Source: an uncultured virus (IMG/VR IMGVR_UViG_3300032092_000020)
Lineage: Duplodnaviria; Heunggongvirae; Uroviricota; Caudoviricetes
DNA length: 20,000 nt
Strand: one strand, 5' to 3'
Virus record (IMG/VR): IMGVR_UViG_3300032092_000020
Shown here in pieces: positions 1 through 8,152 of this stretch. Within the stretch, counting starts at the first letter, position 1, and every line of letters begins with the position of its first letter. Both the position numbers and the translations under genes were made by a program. Under the pieces are notes generated by a model. The model made no database searches. It saw only the letters and a program-made list of their open reading frames with translations, and was not told where the DNA came from.

Positions 1-2
1 TG

Positions 3-647
3 GAGGGCGGCGCACGCTTCCTTCCGATCAAGCCTGTCGCGTGGGACCCGGTCACACAAGCCCCACCCGAGGACACCGGGACGTGGGATACCGCAGTGGT
101 CTCGCTGACTGAGTTCGCTACGCTCCAGAAGGCGTACGAGTGGCTCAAGTCTGGCAACCACCCCTTCAAGTCCGTCATCATCGACTCGGTGACGGAGGCG
201 CAGGTCAAGATCGTTGACAGCGTCGCAGGGCGCAATCAGGTCAAGATGCAGGACTGGGGCGAAATCCTTCGCTCCACCACTGGTCTCATGCGTGACATGC
301 GCGACCTGACCATGCACCCGACCAACCCCCTGACGTCCGTCGTGCTCATCGCGATGGAGACTGAGGGCCAGGACGGCAAGAAGCGTCCGTGGCTCCAGGG
401 CAAGTCTGGCGTTACTCTCCCGTACCTGTTCGACATCACGGGCCACCTTCGGGTGGAGGAGTACCCCAACCCCGACCCGACTCAGGCGAACATTCGTGTG
501 CGCCGGTTGGTGATCGGTCCCAATGACGAGGCTCTTGCCGGTGAACGTGTCGGTGGTAGGCTCGGCGAGGTCGTCGAAGAGGGCGACCTGAACATCTCAA
601 CCATGATCGACCGTGTGTACGGTTCGGTCCCAGCAGAGACCGCCTGA
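3..647 (+). CDS. Sak4-like / AAA_24 family phage NTP-binding protein (5' truncated by window)
   Basis: The frame is open from base 3 (EGGARFLPIKPVAWDP...). It has a Walker B-like SVIIDSVTE and a 'QDWG' motif, and lies directly before an SSB-like gene. Walker A is presumably upstream of the window. Confidence 0.8.
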   Translation, partial: EGGARFLPIKPVAWDPVTQAPPEDTGTWDTAVVSLTEFATLQKAYEWLKSGNHPFKSVIIDSVTEAQVKIVDSVAGRNQVKMQDWGEILRSTTGLMRDMRDLTMHPTNPLTSVVLIAMETEGQDGKKRPWLQGKSGVTLPYLFDITGHLRVEEYPNPDPTQANIRVRRLVIGPNDEALAGERVGGRLGEVVEEGDLNISTMIDRVYGSVPAETA

Positions 648-681
648 GGCGGCTCACTTCTAGCGAAAGGAACATCCCAGC

Positions 682-1266
682 ATGGCTACTCAGTCGTGGA
701 ATGCACTGCTCGACAGCGCCGAGGACACTGACTATTCCCCCATCCCTGCTAACGACTACACGGTCATCGTGAAGTCGTCCGAGCCCAAGACCTCATCGTC
801 CGGCAAGGACATGTACAAGGTCACGTTCGAGGTGACCGACGCTGGTCCCTATAAGGGCCGTCTCGTCTTCACCCAGTTCGTGATCTCGCCGGAGAACCCG
901 ACCGCCCTCGGGATCTTCTTCCGGCAGATGGCCGCGTTCGGTCTGACCTCGGAGTACTTCAAGACCGCGGCTCCGTCCGGCGAAGAGGTGTGCCGCAAGT
1001 TGGTCGGGCGCACCGTCCGGATCAAGGTCACTGAGGGCGAGTACCAGGGCCGACCGAAGAACGACGTGAAGAGCGTGTCTCCGGTCGCTGGTGGGTCCGT
1101 TCCTCCGGCAGTTGCGGCTGCCGCCGCTGCTCCGGCGCCTGCTCCGGCACCGGCACCGGCTCCCGCGCCTGTACCTGCCCCGGCACCTGCCCCGGCACCT
1201 GCCCCGGCTCCTGAGGCTGTCGCCTCGGCTGCCGAAGAGGCTGCCGCGTCCGAGCCGTCTTTCTGA
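682..1266 (+). CDS. DUF669-like single-stranded DNA-binding protein
   Basis: RBS GAAAGGAA upstream. N-terminal YSPIPANDY...SSSGKDMYKVTF...YKGRLVF...YQGRPKNDVK pattern, a Pro/Ala linker and an acidic tail ending EPSF. Confidence 0.8.
   Translation: MATQSWNALLDSAEDTDYSPIPANDYTVIVKSSEPKTSSSGKDMYKVTFEVTDAGPYKGRLVFTQFVISPENPTALGIFFRQMAAFGLTSEYFKTAAPSGEEVCRKLVGRTVRIKVTEGEYQGRPKNDVKSVSPVAGGSVPPAVAAAAAAPAPAPAPAPAPAPVPAPAPAPAPAPAPEAVASAAEEAAASEPSF
1123..1212 (+). repeat. Ala-Pro low-complexity linker with three tandem copies of ACCTGCCCCGGC (1173-1208)
   Basis: Directly visible; encodes (AP)n. Confidence 0.9.
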
Positions 1267-1279
1267 TCGGCTCACCTGC

Positions 1280-2278
1280 ATGAAGGTTCTGATCACGGGC
1301 ACCTCCGCGCGCGCGGCTTCGGCCAATCGCGTGGGGACGCTCGGGACCGCGATGACCTGGGCACTGCTGAATGACAGCGACACCGCAGTCACACACGCAC
1401 CGCCTATGGAGTCGTCCGACGCTGATCTAGTGTTCGTGGGAGTCTCCTCTCCCACCGCACCAGTGTCGAACTACACCTACTCGGGATTCGCACTCCTCGC
1501 AGACGCCCACGCCTCCGGGCGTCTGGGAGGAGTGTTCATCGATCAACCTTCGCCTGGAGCGATCAGAAGTGGGGCACGCACGGCTCTGGGCGACTACAGT
1601 CGCCTAGAGGCGAACTTCTACGCCAAGCGACCGGACTACGGCCGGTACGCCGCGGACCGTGGATTTCGCTCAAGAGTTCTGGAGGGCATCGCCCTCTACT
1701 TGGACGGCTGCCTACCACTGATCGCACCGATGTACCCCTGGGGGAACGAGGCCGCTCTCGCGACGCGTATCCCTCAGGGGCATCGGATCACCTCAGTCGA
1801 CCCCACCGGGGCGTACTGGAACCTAGCCGAGATGATTACTCTACAGGTCGAAAGTTCTAGTCGCGCCCCGGTGTGGGTTCTCGAGACGGCGTACGCACGC
1901 CCACCGAAGATCCGGGACAGGATGATGTACCCCATCATCACCACCAAAAGCCCCGCTCTCCGGCAAGACTTCGAGACGTACTCTGCCGGGATTGCTGTGC
2001 TCGAAGGAGACACTCCGATCAAGGGCTGGTGGACACCGACAGCCTCAGCCGCACTTCTCAGCGGCGCGGCATTCGTCGGAGGTTCGGCGACCGCCTCACA
2101 CTTTGTCTCTCCATGGATGGATCTCGTGGAGGAGATGGACCAAGACTCGCTGGCAGCCCTTGTGCGCCGTCAGACCGACAACCTAAGGAGATCAACATGG
2201 TCGATGAAACAACTGGCGGACGCCGTACTCGGCGTGAGGACATCCTCGCCACTCTCGCAAACGCCGGGTACCATGTAG
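1280..2278 (+). CDS. 332-aa protein, possible GT-B-fold (T4 BGT-like) glycosyltransferase
   Basis: The likely start is ATG 1280 (MKVLITGT); the ORF-track extension to 1091 overlaps the SSB. Rossmann-like strands (KVLITG, DLVFVG, GVFID) and a C-terminal GWW motif are present. The CDS is well supported but the function is tentative. Confidence 0.5.
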   Translation: MKVLITGTSARAASANRVGTLGTAMTWALLNDSDTAVTHAPPMESSDADLVFVGVSSPTAPVSNYTYSGFALLADAHASGRLGGVFIDQPSPGAIRSGARTALGDYSRLEANFYAKRPDYGRYAADRGFRSRVLEGIALYLDGCLPLIAPMYPWGNEAALATRIPQGHRITSVDPTGAYWNLAEMITLQVESSSRAPVWVLETAYARPPKIRDRMMYPIITTKSPALRQDFETYSAGIAVLEGDTPIKGWWTPTASAALLSGAAFVGGSATASHFVSPWMDLVEEMDQDSLAALVRRQTDNLRRSTWSMKQLADAVLGVRTSSPLSQTPGTM

Positions 2279-2661
2279 GCTCACCGCGCATGTACTTGGT
2301 CGAGGACTACATCAACGAACTTGTCGAGTTCGAGGCGGATGGTGGTCTCGACTACTTCGACGACACCAGCGACCTGTTCAGGATCCTGGCCGCATTCGCC
2401 TACGCAGCAACAGGGTCTCGGAGCGTTCCCCGAGAGTTCTGGGATCAGTCCTTCCTCAGGGAGACTACAGTCTCTGAGCGCGCGTGGATGCCTTGGCTCT
2501 CTGGGGCATTCGGTCTGGGGAGCACGGTCCGCGTCCGCGGCGATCTGGAGCATACCGGAAAGTGTGTCGGAATCCGCGCTGGTCGCGTCATCATCGAGTT
2601 CCCAAACGGGGCGCAAGCAACGCTCGCTCCCTCGAGTGTGGAAGGGCGTGTTGACCCGTGA
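2197..2661 (+). CDS. Hypothetical protein with C-terminal SH3/KOW-like beta domain
   Basis: AAGGAG RBS at 2185-2190 precedes ATG 2197. The C-terminus is GSTVRVRG...GKCVGIRAGRVIIEF. Confidence 0.7.
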   Translation: MVDETTGGRRTRREDILATLANAGYHVGSPRMYLVEDYINELVEFEADGGLDYFDDTSDLFRILAAFAYAATGSRSVPREFWDQSFLRETTVSERAWMPWLSGAFGLGSTVRVRGDLEHTGKCVGIRAGRVIIEFPNGAQATLAPSSVEGRVDP

Positions 2662-2807
2662 TCAAGAATCTCTCGCTTCTTGTCCTGCTCTCCGCGATCC
2701 TTTTCGTGGTAGGGGTCGTCGTTGTGCATCTGGCTCTCGCCATAGGTGTGACCTTATTTAGTGCCGCACTCCTGGCGGCAGTGCTCTCTCTCCGTGAGGA
2801 TACATGA
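2658..2807 (+). CDS. Small 49-aa membrane protein (absent from ORF track)
   Basis: GTGA overlap with the upstream stop and ATGA overlap with the downstream start. Translates as MIKNLSLLVLLSAILFVVGVVVVHLALAIGVTLFSAALLAAVLSLREDT. Confidence 0.8.
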   Translation: MIKNLSLLVLLSAILFVVGVVVVHLALAIGVTLFSAALLAAVLSLREDT

Positions 2808-3076
2808 GTATCCACTGGGATGTGACCGACCAAGGTCGGATCCGCATCGTCCAGCGGGGGTTCGGGAGCCCTGACAACGTACGCGGTGTGCTCTCTGGTC
2901 ACCTTGAGCGTGCGCTGGCTCTCGGGGCCTACGTCGAGGAAGACTCGGTCGACGCCGCAGTAGTCAACGGAACGAACATGAGCGAGGTGACGTGGACCGG
3001 CCACGTCCCTTTGCAGAACGTCGCCGACATCCGGGAGTTCTTGATGACGCTAACAGCCAAAGACTTCCACCGATGA
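2804..3076 (+). CDS. Hypothetical protein (90 aa)
   Basis: GAGGA RBS and ATGA coupling at both ends. Confidence 0.75.
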   Translation: MSIHWDVTDQGRIRIVQRGFGSPDNVRGVLSGHLERALALGAYVEEDSVDAAVVNGTNMSEVTWTGHVPLQNVADIREFLMTLTAKDFHR

Positions 3077-3345
3077 TCTGGACGGAGTTGTCTGACGACT
3101 ACTGCGCGCCCAACGAGTTCGTTCTCGGGAGCCCGGGGATCTGCTCACTGACTCACGACACGTACCATGAGGCAGTCACCGCGCTGGTGCGCTGTGGGAT
3201 GTTCACGATGGCTCGAGAGGCACGCGAGTGGCTGGAAGAGGCTCAGGTCCTCCAGATTACCGGACCAGATATGACTATCTGGACAATCGTGGTATCTGCC
3301 ACATACGATTCGGAATCGCTTGACACCGACGAACTTGCCTGGTAG
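3073..3345 (+). CDS. Hypothetical acidic protein (90 aa)
   Basis: ATGA overlap at 3073-3076 gives the start MIWTELSDDY. Confidence 0.7.
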   Translation: MIWTELSDDYCAPNEFVLGSPGICSLTHDTYHEAVTALVRCGMFTMAREAREWLEEAQVLQITGPDMTIWTIVVSATYDSESLDTDELAW

Positions 3346-3348
3346 GTT
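3320..3348 (+). promoter_or_regulatory. SigA/sigma70-type promoter
   Basis: TTGACA (3320-3325), a 17-nt spacer ending TGg, then TAGGTT (3343-3348). Confidence 0.75.
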
Positions 3349-3387
3349 CACCTACAGAGCACGAATCCAACGACGAAAGGACACGTA

Positions 3388-4008
3388 ATGATGACCCGCA
3401 CAGACGAGCCGTACATCCAGATCGCTGGCTTGGGCACACTGACGCTTGACGAGTGGGAGAGGATGGGCCCTGCTGAGCCCCTCTCCCGCGTGTACCACGC
3501 TGACCCGACACTCCCCGCCCTCTACGTCGGCGAGACGCCCGACACTGAGGACACCTACTTGCTCCAGAAGGCGTACGAGGGGACCGGGCACACCTGGGTC
3601 AGTAGGACATCCTCGCTATACACCAAGGACGTGTGTGATCTGCGCGTAGACATGTACGGCAACACACTCACGTCGCCCTCAGACGTCGTACACGTGGTCC
3701 AGGCAATTTCGGACGGCAGTCTCACCCAGGAGACTGCTGAGAACGTCCTCGAACTTGCTCGCGTTGCGCATATCGCCTGGTCCCGTGATGGCTATCGAGT
3801 CGCTGTGAACTGTCAGGCGGGTCTAAACCGATCTAGCCTGGTTGTCGCTATGATGCTGATGATGGAGGGAATCACGGCGGAGGCTGCCATCGCGCAGATT
3901 CGTTACGATCGATCTCCGCTGTGCTTGGTCAATGAACACTTTGTCGGATTCTTGACTCAGAACGAGGCTGCGATTTACGCCGCCGGAGCCGAAGGACGCA
4001 GCGCATGA
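3388..4008 (+). CDS. Dual-specificity/tyrosine phosphatase-like protein (CX5R)
   Basis: P-loop VAVNCQAGLNRS, followed by AIAQIRYDRS...LVNEHF. GAAAGGA RBS. Confidence 0.85.
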   Translation: MMTRTDEPYIQIAGLGTLTLDEWERMGPAEPLSRVYHADPTLPALYVGETPDTEDTYLLQKAYEGTGHTWVSRTSSLYTKDVCDLRVDMYGNTLTSPSDVVHVVQAISDGSLTQETAENVLELARVAHIAWSRDGYRVAVNCQAGLNRSSLVVAMMLMMEGITAEAAIAQIRYDRSPLCLVNEHFVGFLTQNEAAIYAAGAEGRSA

Positions 4009-4265
4009 ACAACGGGCAGGGCTACTGGGATGACTGCGGCACACGAACCTTCTCCCACCAGACACCAGGTCACGTCATTGACATCACCGTGATGTCCGGA
4101 GGCGGTATTCGTACCGAGTGCACCTGCGGTTTCTACGAGGATGTCGAGGACTGGGAGATGACGATTGCTGTGCAGCACGCGCAGATTCACAACCGTGACG
4201 CCAGAAACTCGATGACGACGTTGAATCGAAACACCCGCTTCACTGTCGCCTTTCCTGTACGATAG
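4005..4265 (+). CDS. Hypothetical protein, possible Zn-binding (CxCG...HxxxH)
   Basis: ATGA overlap; ECTCGF...QHAQIH. Confidence 0.65.
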   Translation: MNNGQGYWDDCGTRTFSHQTPGHVIDITVMSGGGIRTECTCGFYEDVEDWEMTIAVQHAQIHNRDARNSMTTLNRNTRFTVAFPVR

Positions 4266-4269
4266 AGGC

Positions 4270-4419
4270 ATGAGCAACATGGAGCCAGACGCCGACGACG
4301 AGTTTGTGATGCCCTTAGTGCTTCCTCCTGTCTCGGAAGAGGAAGTCGACGCTGAGATCATCCCGCTGTTCCCGGCGGCGAAGGGTCCACGCCCCCCTGT
4401 CTTCGACGACGAGGACTAG
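4270..4419 (+). CDS. Small acidic Pro-rich protein (49 aa, absent from ORF track)
   Basis: MSNMEPDADDEFVMPLVLPPVSEEEVDAEIIPLFPAAKGPRPPVFDDED fills the gap between genes. TACGAT (4258-4263) ends 6 nt before the ATG. Confidence 0.65.
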   Translation: MSNMEPDADDEFVMPLVLPPVSEEEVDAEIIPLFPAAKGPRPPVFDDED

Positions 4420-4445
4420 ACAGGACGCTTTCCATCGTGTAGGCT
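4417..4445 (+). promoter_or_regulatory. SigA-type promoter for the primase-helicase genes
   Basis: TAGACA (4417-4422), 17 nt, TAGGCT (4440-4445). Confidence 0.6.
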
Positions 4446-4486
4446 ACATCCTAATCATCAATCATCGACACAGAATACGAGGCAGA

Positions 4487-5710
4487 ATGACAACTGATGC
4501 AGGGCGGTGGATGACCGCCATTTGGGGACCGCTAGGCCCCGATCATCTAGTAGAAGTCACCGTCAAGACGGCGGGACAGGGAAAGTGGATCTCCGATCAC
4601 CAGACCTTGACCGACACCCTCGCCGCTGCTAACGACGGCACGTTCGCCGCTCTGGCGGATAAGGGGCACGACGTGTACGCCGGAATCATCGGACTGCACT
4701 CCAAGCCCACCGAGTTCGGACAGCGCGGTAGCCGCCACCTTCGTGACGCTGGCGCGTGTCTCTGGATGGACGTGGACTGTGTTGCGCCCGGTCGTGGCAA
4801 GGCCAATCTCTTCGAGACCGTTGACGAGGCGATCGAGCAAATCGACGCGCTCGGACTCCGCCTCGGGATCGGCGTCGCTGACGTCGTCGTCCACTCCGGC
4901 TGGGGTGTGCATGTCGCATGGCTGCTCAACGAGCCGGTCCCTCCCGCCCACCTGTCTGTCGCCGTGCACACGATCGAGAGCGCACTGGCTGAGGCGAGTG
5001 GGAAGCACGTGGACCACGTTGGTGATGCGACGCGTGTGTTGCGGATCCCAGACACCATCAACCGACGCGGTGAGCCTGCCCGGGTGACCCTGGTGCGGTG
5101 TGACGAAAGTCGTCGGCGTACCTGGAACGAGATCCGCTTTGCTCTCGTGCTTAGCGACGCTGCCCTGTCGTCCGCCACCGATGAGCGTCCTGGCACTGCT
5201 GGCGTCGGGAGATACACGCAGGAGAATCGGCCGCTCCTCGACGCCTCCACTCTGTTCGAGGCCACGACGTCGTGGGGCGACGTGCTGCACCCGTTTGGCT
5301 GGACGAGGATCTCGTCGTCGTCGAGCGAAGAGGCTTGGCTACGTCCTGGCAAAGAGGACGACCGAAGTTCGGGAGAACGGTCTGGAGTTGTCTACGCTGA
5401 CAATCCTGGTCTGCTCGTACTGTTCACGGACGCCCCGACCGGACTCAAGAACCTTCGAGGTTCGGAGAGCCGCGTGGTGGCTGGGGCTGGTAGCATCGAT
5501 CGCTGGCGCGCATGGGTCGACCTCATGTGGGACGGCGACACATCGGCTGCGCTGGCTGACGCTTGTGCCCGCGCTGTGGAGGGTGAGGGGAACCTGGGCA
5601 CCTGGCCTGGGGACTTCATCGACGCGCTGACCAAGGAGTACGCAATCGGAATAGCCTGGGCGAACAAGTCTCGTCTTGTCGCTGCTGACCGCTGGGCTCG
5701 AGGGCTGTGA
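4487..5710 (+). CDS. RepB-like archaeo-eukaryotic primase (AEP) with extra C-terminal domain
   Basis: AEP motifs are intact: LWMDVD, VVHSGWGVHVAW and DHVGDATRVLRIPDTIN. Confidence 0.85.
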   Translation: MTTDAGRWMTAIWGPLGPDHLVEVTVKTAGQGKWISDHQTLTDTLAAANDGTFAALADKGHDVYAGIIGLHSKPTEFGQRGSRHLRDAGACLWMDVDCVAPGRGKANLFETVDEAIEQIDALGLRLGIGVADVVVHSGWGVHVAWLLNEPVPPAHLSVAVHTIESALAEASGKHVDHVGDATRVLRIPDTINRRGEPARVTLVRCDESRRRTWNEIRFALVLSDAALSSATDERPGTAGVGRYTQENRPLLDASTLFEATTSWGDVLHPFGWTRISSSSSEEAWLRPGKEDDRSSGERSGVVYADNPGLLVLFTDAPTGLKNLRGSESRVVAGAGSIDRWRAWVDLMWDGDTSAALADACARAVEGEGNLGTWPGDFIDALTKEYAIGIAWANKSRLVAADRWARGL

Positions 5711-7833
5711 GCGCCGTGGAGGCTGCAAGCGGATCCGCTCGTCCATCGCTATCACAGCGTATGGCGGTAGGCTACGTCCGAAGCGGCTGGGTCATCATGC
5801 CGGTCTGGGGAGTGACTCCCGAGCACCGCTGTGCCTGTGGCTCGTCCGACTGTGTTGGGCCAGGGAAGCACCTCGTTGGTGAGGGGTCGATCGTCGTCCG
5901 CGATGAGGAAACCGCCACCCGAGAGTGGGGGCCGACGCACGGTTACGACCGCGGCATCGCGCTCAAGACTGGACGCGAGTCCGGGATCATCGTCATCGAC
6001 GTTCCCCCGAGTGCTGAGCCCCCCGACGCTGTTGCTTACTCGCGCCGTGCGTACTCTATGACGCCGTCCGGTGGGCACCACTACTTCTACCGGATCACTG
6101 ACGACGACGTTCTGATCTCTGCTGAGGACGACGGGCGATCTTCACTCACCGGATCCGGCCTCCGTGTCGTCGGCGAAGGCGGATACGCCTTCCTCCCTAG
6201 CGGGACGGAGGTTGGCCCGTTCGGTCGACGCTGGGTGTCACGCGACGAGTTCGGCATCCTGGACGACGACCTCAAGGCGATGCTGGTCTCCGCAGGCATC
6301 CTCCAGGTGGACAGCGACGACACCTTCGACGCTGACACCCCGTGGCTTGTGGCTCCGGGGGCTGGTGCCCTGGCACGACGCTCGGCTACCCCGCTCGGGG
6401 TTGCGCGCGTCGTCGTGGATCTCCACGGACACCTGATCCGATCAGTCCTCTCCGTTAGCACGAACAACAGTGACGTGCTCGTCTGGAAGGACGGGTGGAA
6501 CACCGGGGCCGACGCTGAGGCATCGATTCAGAACATGATTCTCGGCACGATGTCGAACCCGATCCGTGGGTGGTTCGCCGACGCGGCGGCCCAGAACGAC
6601 ACACCCGCCCTCACCCAACTCCGGATGCTCACGAAGAAGATCCGGAACGGTGAAGGCAAGCGCGCCATGACAGACTTTGTGCGCTCTGATGAGAGGATCA
6701 AGACACGTGAAGAAGAGTGGGACGTACACGATCATCTGCTCGGTCTGCCTGGTGGCCGTGTTCTGGATCTTAGGACGCAGGAAGTCCTCTCAGGCAGCGC
6801 CGCCCGTGAGTCGCGCATTCGCTACCGGACCGACGTCGACTACATCCCTGGGGCCACCGATCCGATCCTGGACGAGTTCCTCGAGTCCTCGAACATCTAC
6901 GGCGGCGCGGAGGGTGGACTCGACTTCCTCCTCGACGTTGCCGCAGCGACACTCGCGGGCAAGAGGATCATTGGCGACAAGATCGTCATCCTCTACGGGC
7001 CGACAGGCTCCGGGAAGAGCACCTTCGTCGATCTCTTGGCGTCAGTGCTCAGTATGCGAGACGAGGGATACGCCTCAGTAATCTCGCACTCTCTCGTCGT
7101 CGGAACCGGCATGAACAACGACTCCTACTCGCTGGCAAAGACGCGCGGCTCGCGCATGTTCACACTGGACGAGTTGCCTCAGGGCAAGGTCCTCAAGGAA
7201 GATATGCTCAAGTCGCTGTCGGGCTCCACCGTGCTCGCCGTCCGACAGATCCACAAGGCTGAGGAGACCATCCGCAACAACGGCACGCTCTGGATCGCAT
7301 CAAACGAGCCACCGATCACTGCCGACGATGCGCTGTGGCGGCGGTTCCTCTTCGTGAACTTCCCCGTCAAGCGCGACGACGGGACGATCGATGACCGGAT
7401 CAAGCGCACCATGCTCGATCCTCATCGCCCGTTGGCACGACAGGCGCTGCTCGCCAAGTTGGTGGAGCGAACTCCTCGTCTGTTTGCTGGACTCGAGCGT
7501 AGCGCGGGCGGGATGAACAGCGGTTTCGAGATTCACCCAGCCGCACGTCAGTACGCTCGCAACATCCGCGCGCAGGCTGACCCGTTCCTGGCGTGGCGTG
7601 AGTCTGCGCTGGAGATCTCCCCAGGGAACGACTCTGTGACGCTCACCGCGGCGTACATGTCTTACCGCCGCTTCTACGACCAGGAAGGCTTTGCTGGTCG
7701 CGAGGGTCAGATGACCCTCACCTCGTTCCGCGACAAGGTGCGGACCGAGCGGCTGCTCTCCGACGATGGGAAGACCCTCGTTGACGTAGCCATGAATGAC
7801 AACTCATCCAGTCAGGTCTTCGGATCTCTCTAA
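5707..7833 (+). CDS. Prim-Pol N-terminal domain (degenerate) fused to D5-like SF3 helicase
   Basis: N-terminal GWVIMPV, CACGSSDC..PGKH, TPSGGHHYFY and GEGGY. C-terminal Walker A GPTGSGKST, Walker B FTLDE, motif C IASN and ALWRR. GTGA overlap with the upstream gene. Confidence 0.88.
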   Translation: MSAVEAASGSARPSLSQRMAVGYVRSGWVIMPVWGVTPEHRCACGSSDCVGPGKHLVGEGSIVVRDEETATREWGPTHGYDRGIALKTGRESGIIVIDVPPSAEPPDAVAYSRRAYSMTPSGGHHYFYRITDDDVLISAEDDGRSSLTGSGLRVVGEGGYAFLPSGTEVGPFGRRWVSRDEFGILDDDLKAMLVSAGILQVDSDDTFDADTPWLVAPGAGALARRSATPLGVARVVVDLHGHLIRSVLSVSTNNSDVLVWKDGWNTGADAEASIQNMILGTMSNPIRGWFADAAAQNDTPALTQLRMLTKKIRNGEGKRAMTDFVRSDERIKTREEEWDVHDHLLGLPGGRVLDLRTQEVLSGSAARESRIRYRTDVDYIPGATDPILDEFLESSNIYGGAEGGLDFLLDVAAATLAGKRIIGDKIVILYGPTGSGKSTFVDLLASVLSMRDEGYASVISHSLVVGTGMNNDSYSLAKTRGSRMFTLDELPQGKVLKEDMLKSLSGSTVLAVRQIHKAEETIRNNGTLWIASNEPPITADDALWRRFLFVNFPVKRDDGTIDDRIKRTMLDPHRPLARQALLAKLVERTPRLFAGLERSAGGMNSGFEIHPAARQYARNIRAQADPFLAWRESALEISPGNDSVTLTAAYMSYRRFYDQEGFAGREGQMTLTSFRDKVRTERLLSDDGKTLVDVAMNDNSSSQVFGSL

Positions 7834-7849
7834 CCCGAAAGGAATCACC

Positions 7850-8101
7850 ATGACCGCCAACGAAGGCCGTACCGTGAAGGAGCGCCCCGCGCTCAACGTG
7901 GACGTTATCAGCATCGCCGAGATCGAGGCTGGTGACCGGCTTGCGCCAGGTACCATCCTCGGCCCGTTCAGCATTGTCGACATCATCTCCGTGAAGTCGA
8001 AGACCCCCGCCGACAACGGCAAGTTCGCCGTCACGTTCTACAACCAGGGAACCCTGTTCCTGCACGGCGGGCTTCTCGTCTCCGTGGTAGTGGACAACTA
8101 A
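7850..8101 (+). CDS. Hypothetical small beta-rich protein (83 aa)
   Basis: GAAAGGAA RBS before ATG 7850; strong GC3 bias. Confidence 0.75.
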   Translation: MTANEGRTVKERPALNVDVISIAEIEAGDRLAPGTILGPFSIVDIISVKSKTPADNGKFAVTFYNQGTLFLHGGLLVSVVVDN

Positions 8102-8119
8102 GCCGAGCCCTGCTACACT
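8091..8119 (+). promoter_or_regulatory. SigA-type promoter with extended -10
   Basis: TGGACA (8091-8096), a 17-nt spacer ending TGc, then TACACT (8114-8119). Confidence 0.7.
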
Positions 8120-8152
8120 CGCCGCACCAACGACACAGGAAGGAGTAGACAG

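Noticed and set aside
1091..1279. N-terminal extension of the 395-aa ORF
   Set aside because: An alternate-frame reading of the SSB Ala-Pro repeat; ATG 1280 is the plausible start.
4547..5352. Two ~250-aa - strand ORFs
   Set aside because: Antisense to the primase, with no recognisable features.
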